From Lytechinus pictus (lineage: Eukaryota), in NCBI RefSeq assembly GCF_037042905.1, contig NC_087251.1:38566001-38630000 (forward strand): a stretch of 64,000 nt of DNA. The letters run 5' to 3'. Positions 53,351 through 64,000 of this stretch are shown one piece after another. Position 1 is the stretch's first letter, and every line of letters begins with the position of its first letter. Both the position numbers and the translations under genes were made by a program. The notes beneath the pieces are model-generated. The model made no database searches and was not told the origin of the DNA. It saw only the letters and a list, made by a program, of their open reading frames with translations.

Positions 53351-53522
53351 ATGATGACGAACCCGGAAGGGTACAAGTTTACCCTCCCCGATGGGAGGTA
53401 TGCAGATGGAACTTGGGATCTTGTCATCTACATTACCAATCTCGATACCACGGTCACCATTTCTGGTATCGAAGGAAACTTATCAATTGGAGATTTAATG
53501 CTCAGGACTGTTCAAGCCGCAG
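53351..53522 (+). CDS. FERMT2: Kindlin/fermitin family protein, first coding exon (gene continues beyond window)
   Basis: ttctgcag acceptor, G|gtgagt donor; MMTNPEGYKFTLPDGRYADGTWDLVIYITNLDTTVTISGIEGNLSIGDLMLRTVQAA resembles recalled kindlin-2 N-terminus MPDGCYADGTWEL...HIGGVMLKLVE; likely co-orthologue of FERMT1-3. Confidence 0.88.
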
Positions 53523-54082
53523 GTGAGTAGACGATGCCAAATTTAAGAATACCCTAATTCATTTCAATTGTACAAATAATGCTGAATGCCATTTTCAGTT
53601 CTACAGGGGAAAAACAAAGTTTTATTTCAGTTCTCATTGAAAGAATATGTGAGTTTAGAATAATCTGTATTGTAGTACCCTTTTTGTTATCAAACAAAAT
53701 TTGATATTAATTAGAGTGTGATACTGTGATAAAACAACTACAATGTAATTTAGGAAGTTTATGTTATTAAGTCTAGTACATTTCAATTGTTTATTGAGAA
53801 TCTGATAGATACTGAACTTAAGTGGATTTTAGTTTTGAGTTTTGACATGAATATCATGACCATTTCTAAACTGACATTAGCAAAGCTACAATGAAGTCAG
53901 AATCTCAGAAACAGTTTTCAAAGAATAATGTATTGTTTGTTAATTATAATTACATACTAGCTATTACATACATCAATTAGCAGTTAATTATTAAGGTATT
54001 GATCACCCGCCTATCTAGTGGATGATGAAGAAATAAAGTTAGAATTTATTATCAGTCAGAAGAATGATTTATTATGTGTGAG

Positions 54083-54325
54083 GGAGTCGTGGTCTAGTGG
54101 TTATGACTCTCGTCTTTCAATCTGAGGGATGTGGGTTCGATTCCCAGCCATGGCATGTTTTCCTTCAGCAAGAATTTTTTACCCACATTGTGCTGCACTC
54201 AACCCAGGTGAGGTGAATGGGTACCCGGCAGGAAGAAATTCCTTGAATGCCAGAGCGCCTGTAGGCAGCAAGGCTATAGCCGGGGTAATAATAGCAGCGC
54301 TTTGTATCCTCAGGCAAAAAGAGCT
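54083..54325 (+). mobile_element. tRNA-derived SINE
   Basis: tggtctagtgg A box, ggttcgattcc B box; body shared with 17929 copy. Confidence 0.85.
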
Positions 54326-56309
54326 TTAAAGGGTTGCTCCGGGCTGAAGATATTTGTATCTAATAAATAGAGTAAAATTCACAGAGCAAAATGCTGAAAA
54401 TTTGATCAAATCGGATAGCAAATAATGAAGTTATTGAATTTTAAAAATTTGCATTATTCTGGTGAAACAGTTCTAGACATGTCTTCATGATAAATCCAGC
54501 TATTATTATTATTATAATTATTATATTTTGAAGATAAATCATTGCTATTATTGATAACTATTCATGTGTGTCTTTGCTTGGTAAGTAGATGCCTTCTTGC
54601 AGACACAGGAACCCTATGAATCTGATATATCCTCTGGTATGTTTTGACAATTTTTCAAAAATATGGCACATTAAATTTTTTCTCCCTTTAAGTTCAATAC
54701 AATTATGATTTTAGTACACCAAGAAAATTTGCAAAGAAACAAACAAACGTTTTAAAGTGCACTGATAGACTAAGAGCATGGCCTGGCCATTTAAAAAAAT
54801 GTAGTTTCAGCAACATCCCTTTATTATGATTTCCTATTATTTGACAGATTCGTTGAAAAAAAGGAAAGAAATTACCTTTTTTCATTTTATTTTATATAGG
54901 AATTTTATGAGTTTTACAAAAAGGCTTTGACCTCCATGCGTTGACAACATGGTGTAGTCTGTTATATGATATAAAGTTGTTTATAATTTTCCATATATTG
55001 TTTATATTTCGTTGATATATACATCGTAGCACCAGCATCAAAGTATCACATTACATATGAAGTAGTCACAAGGTAGAGTAGCTATAGAGAGAGCACAGTT
55101 GAATTTAGTCATAGCATAAACAATGCACAAGATTGAATAGTCATTTGTGTATGTGATATAACATGTACACGAAGGCCTATTCCTGTATTGTGTACAACTG
55201 AATACATGTATGGACTGTTTATTGTGAATTGCTTGTTTGAAAATATAATTTTGACTTTCTTATTAATATTAATAATATAGGCCTAATTAAATACAAGAAT
55301 TCATTAAGAGCAATCTGCGTGTTGACTGTTGACAATAGTCCTTGACTTCTTCTCCTATTCAAGGAAATGATGGAGACATCACTTTCTTGACAGCACTCCT
55401 GCAATATATGTCCATGCACTGCGCAGTCAGTACAAAATCTTCAATTTACATTGATTCATGTTGGGCTGTATATATTTTTTTTCAACCCTAGAAACGTAGT
55501 TTTCAATCATATTTATTTCAAGCCATAATTTGTGCGATTGATTTTTCTTATTGGTTGTAAAAATTATCTTTCGAAACAAAAACATGAAACGCTGAAGAAT
55601 GTGTTTTTTGAAAGATGATTCCTATAAGAACTGTGGAGTTTAAAAGTAGAATGTACATGTACATGTAATTGTAAATTACCGTACTCTTCTAAGTCTTCTC
55701 ATTTGACTCCTTCCAATAAATTTTCTCTTTGGGTTTTGGTTTCCTTTATTAGGTTCTTCATGTTCAAGACACTGTTTGAAGTTTCAAAGTGTCAAATGAT
55801 AATTAAAAAACACCCACAACAACCTCTAGGGTATCACAAATCCTGGGGAGTTTCATTATCAAGTATTGTGTGATGAAAGTTGATGACACACTGTTGGTGG
55901 ATTTCCTGTCTGTTCCCTCTGTGTCTTGGATGGTGGTATCAGAGAGGCTTGAGGAGAGAGAATATACATGTACATGAAGGACTAAGACATAGGACACCAT
56001 CTCTGTACATCCATGTATCATGTCAAGATCAGATCAAAGAGTTACCAGTGCTTGTAACTCCTTGATCAGATTAGTGCATTTCCTGAAGCTGTAGTGAAGA
56101 ATATAATCTTGTGGTTTCTCTGCATGCTGTAGTGAGAGACTTTAAAGCATGGCTGCACAGATTATTGTGTTTCATCATGAATCCACTACTCATGAAGCAA
56201 GTAATCTGTGATTTTCACTGACTTTTTGTTATAAGCTACAGAAATCCTTGCATCTGATTGGCTTAGAATTAATTTGTTAATGAGGTTTACTGACAAACTC
56301 CTTCGTGAA

Positions 56310-56720
56310 GGTAAATTGCCAATTCGTCTACTGCCAACTAGTCCACTCACCACATGGTCTACTTTCATGTAGTCTAATGCCATTCCGTCCAACATTTCGT
56401 CTAACAACCATTCGGTCCAGTAACCATTTGGTCCATTCATCACTTTTATAATCATTTAGTCTATGACCATTTCATCTCATAACCAGTTGGTCTAATATTC
56501 ATTTAATTTTCATTCATTTTGCACAATTATACTTAGTCTAAGTAGACCGAATGTTATATGGACTAAGTGGCTATTGGACCAACTGGTTATTAGACGAAAT
56601 GGTGAATGGACGAATTGGCAATTAGACCATGTGGATAGTGGACGAACTGATGGTAGACCAAATGATAGTATACGAGTTGGTAGTTGGACGAATTGGCATC
56701 AGACCAATTGGAAATAAACC
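56310..56720. mobile_element. Palindromic MITE made of gtcta/tagac subrepeats (related copy ~26886-27277)
   Basis: tgccaattcgtctactgccaact / agttggtagttggacgaattggca inverted ends. Confidence 0.6.
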
Positions 56721-59700
56721 TTCATGAACACTCCCAGTCTGAGCTTTTCTCCTTCACTACTTTCCTACATCATGGACGTAAACCTTTACAGTTCTCCTAA
56801 TTCTGCGAGTCAAAACACTGTTTTACAGGGTTTTTTTACACAGCTTCATGTACATGTACATGTATGTAGGCACATACTACTGAATCAAGGGATTGGAGAT
56901 CCTACATTTTTGGTTTGATTTAGTTTTTTTGTAAAGCATATCTAATTTAATACATGTGTGGCCTGCAGTAGACTTTGTAGTAGTTGAGTACAGGTATAAA
57001 AATCTCTGTTAAGATTGAATTGGTTCAGGAAGATTTTGGAAGGTGATGTCCTGCCAAGTTTTGACCTAACCTACACTGTAGTGAGGTCATGTAAAAGAAG
57101 AGCCGCAGGTACAAATTCTTTGCTAGTCTTGGTCTTTTTCTTTTTATGGGGCAGTGGTTCTGTAGAGATAGTTCAGTCGTAACTTTTACAAACAACTTTA
57201 TGAAACTCCTAGCTGGTATTTTCTGATATGTACATGTACAGAATTCATGATAAAAAATGCCAGGTATTCTTAAGATTGGTAGATTGGTCATGTACATGTA
57301 TGAAAGCACCAATTGTGTTCTTATAATCTATGATAATTGCCATCATTTATTGCTAATAAGCACCTCAAATATACATGTATGTGTAAATACAAGCCAGTTT
57401 ATCCTTTGCTAATATTTATAGACCTACATGTTTAGGGTAATGAATATTTGAATATTGACCAGTGAAAATGTCACGTCATAACAGAATGCTGTGTGTATTT
57501 GCAGACTAATATTTAACAGGTCCAAATATGAATATAAATTGTATATGAAACCAAATATTACCCGGCAGTATAATTCTCTCCAGCCAGGCCGAATTCTACA
57601 TTTTTCCTCTCATATCACCACCACCAGTTCAAGACGGATCAAAATCCATTATGATATGAATTGAAATCTATTTTGGATTTTTTCTTCATACAATCTTGGC
57701 CATTCCTTCTCAGGAATTTGATGAAGTGTTGACGAAAGAACAAGTGACAAGGGGAAACTTTGGGGTGTTTCTATTATTCATCAGCTCAAAATATGCCGTT
57801 TTCAATTTTTTTTCTGTTCAAAGTGGAGTGACCGTTTGTTCCAATTTGAAAATATTTTGTTTTCATCAAATAAAATCTTGACACATTTAAAAAGTGCATT
57901 TGCCTGTAAGGCTGTAAGGACTGTTTTAATCACTTTCTATTGTGCAAGCTCGAGTAGTTTTCTTTTTTTTTGGAAAAAACTCAATCAAGTCTAGCTTGTA
58001 TGCTTTTTCTGTGAATTATTGTTCTGGCATTTTACCTGCAAGGAATACATTCATCAATTGAACAGATTGATGTGTGTTGTATGCACCATTGTGCTTGTTG
58101 TGGTCAGAGGTAAATTTTGTATTAGATTTTCTGTACAGGGGATATGTAGGTCTTTGGGTGTATCTTTATTATTGCTAAAATATCAATAAATGAAAAACAA
58201 CATCCAAAGAATGATATAAACTCTATGCAGAGGATGAAAAGTTTGGTGAGAACCCCATGGATCCACCCAAAGTTCCAAACCAACCTTTTTCAAATGGCCA
58301 TTTTTCCTGGACAGTCTTTATTTCACAGAAATTAATAAAGAGTGGTTTATCCCCCTTTATCTCCCTTTAGTAGTTTGTTTTTGTAAATTTTGCTCAAAAG
58401 AAAATAAGGGAATGTCCCTATTGATATTTTTATCAGAAAACAAAAATGTCTTGGTCTATTTCTCTGCTTCATCGTCATATGGGGTTGACCCTTGACATGA
58501 CACTACATGTAGGGGATTGAAATTGGGGAATGTCCCAAGCCATAAATCTAAAAAAAATGTCTTGGTCTATTTCTCATACACAGGGTTGAGACTTAACACA
58601 CTGTTGGAGGTTCGAAATCGGGACTGTCCCTATGAATATGTTTATCAGAAAAAACATGTCTTAATCCATTTCTTTGCTTTATAATGATATAAAGGATTGA
58701 CACTTGACACTAGGTTCGAAACTGAAAGTGGGATTTTTCAGTGTAAGGGTTGGAGCACTTTGACTCTCCAGGATACACTCTATGGGTGTACATGTATAGA
58801 GAACGCAGTCGTCTACACTGTACATTATTTTTAGGAAGTGACACACAGTATACTTTCTTTTTTTTTCTACTATTATCTTCATGCTCATCCGGTTAATTAT
58901 CTTTGGTGATTCTTATGAATGCCTACTACTAGCCTCAAGGCAGTGAAGGCACACAGCTAGGGGAATCAGATTGCACGCAGGGAGATCCCCCTCATCGGCT
59001 TGTAGGGTGTCGAAACAAGACATGTTCTTCTCATGCATACAGGGAAAATTTGCATTATTAACACGCATAAGCCCGTGACTCATCGACCAAATCAAACCAG
59101 GGGAACGTTTCATGAATTCATATACTCAATGATTTACACTGCAATCTGTTATAAGTTACTGAAATCCTTGCATCTGATTGGCTCAGAGCAAATTTGTCAG
59201 TGAAAATCACTGGCAAGGTGCTTCATGAAACACTCCCCCGGAAGCTTTATTTTGATGAAATTCATGACTGCAAAAGGAGAACAAAAACCATTGAGAGGAA
59301 ATCAAATTTGAATTATGAGATTTAATGTAGATTGATATCTTGGAATTGCTCAATGAAATGAATAATTGGATGAAAGCGCCGATAGCTTTATTATTGGGTC
59401 ATCACAAATGGATATTATAATCAACTCGTAGTTACCCTTTGCATGCATATTACACACATGTCTAATAAATAGTGCATTTTCCTAATAAAGAGTGTATCCT
59501 AGCAGTTTCCCCTGCCATTAGATACATTACTCATCGCAGTATAGGCCTAATAGTCTGGTCTGTTAGCGGAATTATGTGGACACGGTGGACAAAAGCATGA
59601 TTTTTTCTCCAGACCTTTGTTTATGTATGAGAATTAAAAATGGGGTATGCTCCAAAAAATCTGGCCGCAGGAACAGTGAAAAAATGGGTGAAAATGTCAG

Positions 59701-59869
59701 AATTTATGAGTTTAGATTGGTCTGATATATAGACTAGCGCTAGTGCAAAACTCAATAGCAGTGCATTATTTTGCATTGGTTTAGTTCTTGAATTCAGACC
59801 CTTTTTGAACAGATATTCTGTTTGTCCTCACATCTCAATGCACTAAATATCTGAATGCAGATGCTAAAC

Positions 59870-62493
59870 AAGCCGAAGGGTGGTGATGGAGGGGGTTGAA
59901 TGTTGGTGTGTATGTACATATTTTGGTCTTGGGGTAAAGATGTGCAAGACACATTTTTTTGCATGTGTTGGAAATTGTGTTGCCATGGTAACAGTGTATT
60001 ATGGCAAAAATAAGGTACAAATCTTGCAGTTAGAACTACTTCCTCTGTTGTCACCCGATTCTCATGAAATTTGGCACACACATTGGTCTTGAGGTGAAGA
60101 TGTCTAAGACGCATTTTGTGTGTCTTTCAAAAATCTTGTTACCATGGTAACAACATATTATTTGGTGAAAATTGGGGAAAAAATTACAATTCAAACTGCT
60201 TCATCAGTTTTAAATCAATTCTCATGAAATTTGACACACACATTGGTATTAGAGTAAAGATGTACAAGGCACTTTTTGTATGTGTTTCATAAATTGTGTT
60301 GCCATGGTAACAACATATTATATGGCAAAATTTAGGTAAAAACCTTGCAATTTGAACAACTTCATCAGTTTTGAACAATTTCTCATGAAATTTGGCTCAT
60401 ACATTTGCTTTGAGGTAAAGATGTGCAAGAACCATTTTATGTGCGCATTTGTCAGAGTATATTGCCATGGTAACCACATATGATAGCCAGAAATGCAGGA
60501 AAACTCATTGTGGATCAAACAACTTCCCCTTTTTTTAGTCAGTGCTCATAAAAGTTGGAAGAAATATTCATCTTTGGGTAAAGATTCATATTAAATTCTA
60601 AACTGCATTAAAATATATGAGTGTGGGGGTATTAATCACCTTCAGTAATATTTCTAGGTTTTGGGGGAGGAGCGGGATTGGTCCTTAAAATCTGACCTCA
60701 AAATAAAGGTTAAAGGCGGTGTCCATTAACACTCTTGAAATAAGCATCCCCTCAAGGGCATAGGCTGGGGGTACACTGGGTGAATGTGAAACCTTCCGCT
60801 CTGGCAAAGGAGTTCCAACACTGGCAAGCAAAACAAAATGTGTACCCCTTATACTTTCAACGGCTGATTTTCCAAAGCTTAGTTCCACATTCCCAAGATG
60901 TGCACCCCTCCCCATACCACTTCTATCTCCCTATGCTCAACCACCAGTCTACGCCTTTGCACCCCAGGGGTCTTTGTATTTTAAAGCGAGACATTACTCC
61001 TTTTTTTTTTGGGGGGGGGGGGTCTTTAGAAAATGACCTCATAAAAGTAAAAGTTAAAGGATTATGACTAAGAACTTAACCCCCCCCCCCCGCAAACAAA
61101 TGGGGCTGATATATTTTTTGAGCAGAAAAATGCCCCCTCCCCCATTAAAAGGTAAGAAGATTCATTTGCACTTCAGAGTTCAGACCATTCATTTGATGTT
61201 TAATGCATTCTGCTTTGGTAAAAAATTGTTTACAGTAGCCAATTAATCATTGTTTATTTATATTCTCATACTCAGTCTTTTATTCATATTCCATTCCTAC
61301 TCTTTCTTTTTAACTATATCACATCACTCTTGATTTTGAGCTTCACCATACCATCTTATGTTTCCTCTCTCCCTTTTTTACCCTCTCTTCTCTCCAAGTA
61401 TATTTTTTCTGACATATTATAAAGTGAACCTTTAATCATGCAACTAATTATAGAAATATATATATATACAAAAATCTCTGCACTTGTTTTAGAAATTCAC
61501 TTGCAAATCCATGACTCAATAGCATACCATATCAAAAATATGCATATGTGCACAATAATTTTTTGCCTTCAATTTTATTTCATTTAATTTTTTCAGTATA
61601 ATTGTCAAAAAATGAATATTATGTTTCAGTAGCAAAATTGTTGAATGCAAGATCTGACTGTCACAAAAAATGCAAATAATTTTGCATTGGAGTAAGGACG
61701 AACGTATTCACTGTTCATTGAGCAAATGATGACTTTTATTTCTCTACATATATTCTAGTCATATCCCTTTCAGATGGTGGTAACTGCAGGAATGGGAAAA
61801 CTCAGTGATATAACTAAAATTTTCACAGAGGATTTTCGGAAAACAACTAAATCCATTTTTTTTCAAGCAACAGTTATTCCATTCTGAATGCTGCAACTAT
61901 GAATTTGATGCACCTTTACCGAAATATAATATCATGACAGCCATTTCTTCAATTCTTTAAACTAGACATTAAATATAGCTAATAGTATTATTTAGGACAG
62001 AGTGTAGCCAAAATAGAGTTTAGAAGATTATGAAGAAAATAATAAATGTCATGGTATTATATTTCAGTGTAGGTGTTAGCATTCAAAATGGAATAATTGT
62101 TGCTAGATAATAATGAATTAAAATAGCAAAAAAAAATGTACTTAGAGAGGGAGAAAAAGAGGGGGGGGGGGGGAGGAAACAAAACACGAAGGTATGGTAA
62201 AGCTCTAAAGTGCAAAAAGTGCAAAAAGTGATGTAAGAAAGTCAGAGTAAACACTGAAATGAACAAAGACTGAGTAGAAGGAGATAAATAAAACGTTGAT
62301 TAATTGGGCACCGGAAATGATCTTTTATCAAACCAGAATGTTTTAGGTTTTAAATTAATACGCTGAAGTGTAAAGGATTTTTCTTCCCCCCTTTTTTTTT
62401 TTTTTTTTTTTTTTGGGGGGGGGGGGGGGGTCAGTTCCTAGTTGTAATTATTTCCTTTTACTCTTTATGTGGCAATTTTCTAAAGGCCCCCCC

Positions 62494-62531
<38 letters not shown>

Positions 62532-64000
62532 AAGGGGTGCTTTCTATAAGAGTGTTTAAGTTCCTAATGGCCATGTCCTTTAACCTTCTATATTTTTATG
62601 TTGTCAGTTTTTAAGGACCTCCTCCGCCCCCCCCCCCAAAAAAAAGAACCTATAAATATTATTGAAGGTGATTAATACCATGAATACCCTGCGCTATTTT
62701 ATGATGTTAAAGGGGAATCCAAACCAAATAAACACTTGTTTTTATGAGGAAAAGAAAAAATCAGACAATAGGTCAAAGTTTGAACAATATCGGACAAACC
62801 ATAAGAAAGTTGTGAATATATAAAAGTTGTAAACATTGGTAATCACTATATACCCATGAAGACTTCAAATTGGCCGCACATGTGATGTCATAATGATGTA
62901 AGGGAAGGACCACTCTTCCATGTACAGAAATAATTAATTGACTAAAATGTCTTTTTCAAAAGTTTTACTTCAAATTGTATCTTTCTTTCATGAGGACATA
63001 AAGCATTATACTAACAGGTTTATATTACGGCCCCAATGAAATTTAGGAGAAAACCAAAAATCAAAGTACAAGGCCAATGGGAAAGTTGTCCTTGCGGCCT
63101 CACCCCTTGTCATAATTTACTTACCCATTATCAATTTGAAATCTACATACTAGTAGCCTTAGGGATCTTAATTTTAAAGCAGCCATAACTTTATTTTGCT
63201 TGTCCGATTGCTTTCAAACTTTCACCATTCTTATTTTTCTCCTTTTCCACACAACATTTTATGACCAAGGCTGGATTCCCCTTTAACACTGAATGTGAAT
63301 CTTTACCCAAAATGAATATTTGTGTAAACTTTTCTGAGCACAGGCTGAAAACTGAGAAGTAGATTGATCCACAATTGATGAGTTTTCCCTGCATTTCTGG
63401 CTATATGTGGTTATCAAGGCAATGCACTCTCTGACAAATGAAAAAAAAAAGGTTCTTGCACATCTTTATCTCAAGGCCAATGTGTGAGCCATATCATGCA
63501 TGAGAATTGGTTTGAAACTGATGAAGTAGTTCAAATTGCAAGGTTTTTACCTAAATTTTGCCATATAATATGTTGTTACCATGGCAACACAATTTCTGAA
63601 ACAATCACAAAAAGTGCCTTGTACATCTTTACTTTAATACCAATGTGTGTGCCAAATTTCATGAGAATTGATTTAAAACTGATGAAGCAGTTTGAATTGT
63701 AAGGTTTTTTCCCCAATTTTCACCAAATGTTATGTTGTTACCATGGCAACAAAATTTCCGAAAGACACACAAAATGTGTCTTAGACATCTTCACCTCAAG
63801 ACCAATGTGTGTGCCAAATTTCATGAGAATCGGGTGACAACAGAGGAAGTAGTTCTAACTGCAAGATTTGTACCTTATTTTTGCCATAATACACTGTTAC
63901 CATGGCAACACAATTTCCAACACATGCAAAAAAATGTGTCTTGCACATCTTTACCCCAAGACCAAAATATGTACATACACACCAACATTCAACCCCCTCC
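59870..64000. mobile_element. Large foldback element with long inverted arms (right end at or beyond window edge)
   Basis: 59888-60110 is the reverse complement of the last ~220 nt of the window; similarity continues inward; arms carry ~155-bp subrepeats with ccatggtaac. Confidence 0.85.
62711..63282. mobile_element. TTAA-target element (Kolobok-like) inserted in right arm of foldback
   Basis: TTAA|aggggaatcca ... tggattcccct|TTAA; absent from left arm. Confidence 0.8.

Noticed and set aside
60184..63702. Duplicated ~65-70-aa ORFs on opposite strands
   Set aside because: Mirror images within the foldback arms; no coding signature
53523..64000. Second kindlin coding exon (expected DWSDHALWW-like)
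   Set aside because: Not found by eye; presumably beyond the window

Overview
AT-rich, intron-containing animal genomic DNA. The repeat content and protein sequences suggest an invertebrate deuterostome, probably a sea urchin (inference). Four spliced protein genes were reconstructed by hand from splice signals and frame continuity. (1) The last 8 exons of the piRNA helicase TDRD9/spindle-E (+, 512-14638), ending in a C2H2 zinc finger. (2) A complete 6-exon unnamed gene (-, 25230-20855) encoding a 263-aa protein with a coiled coil, a basic region, two EF-hands and a CaaX end. (3) Complete TMED10 (-, 37881-30108), with a GC-AG first intron. (4) The 5' end of a kindlin/fermitin gene (+, first coding exon 53351-53522). 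Between TMED10 and kindlin lies a near full-length, frameshifted Penelope-like retroelement (RT + GIY-YIG) with a minimal hammerhead ribozyme at its 3' end. The rest is SINEs, MITEs, a LINE tail, tandem repeats and a large foldback. The most notable observations are the unnamed EF-hand/CaaX gene, a TDRD9 3'UTR built from tandem copies of its own coding end, two related TAG...CTA transposons stacked at three copies of one 9-bp site, and the hammerhead variant. All family calls come from recalled motifs; no database search was run.
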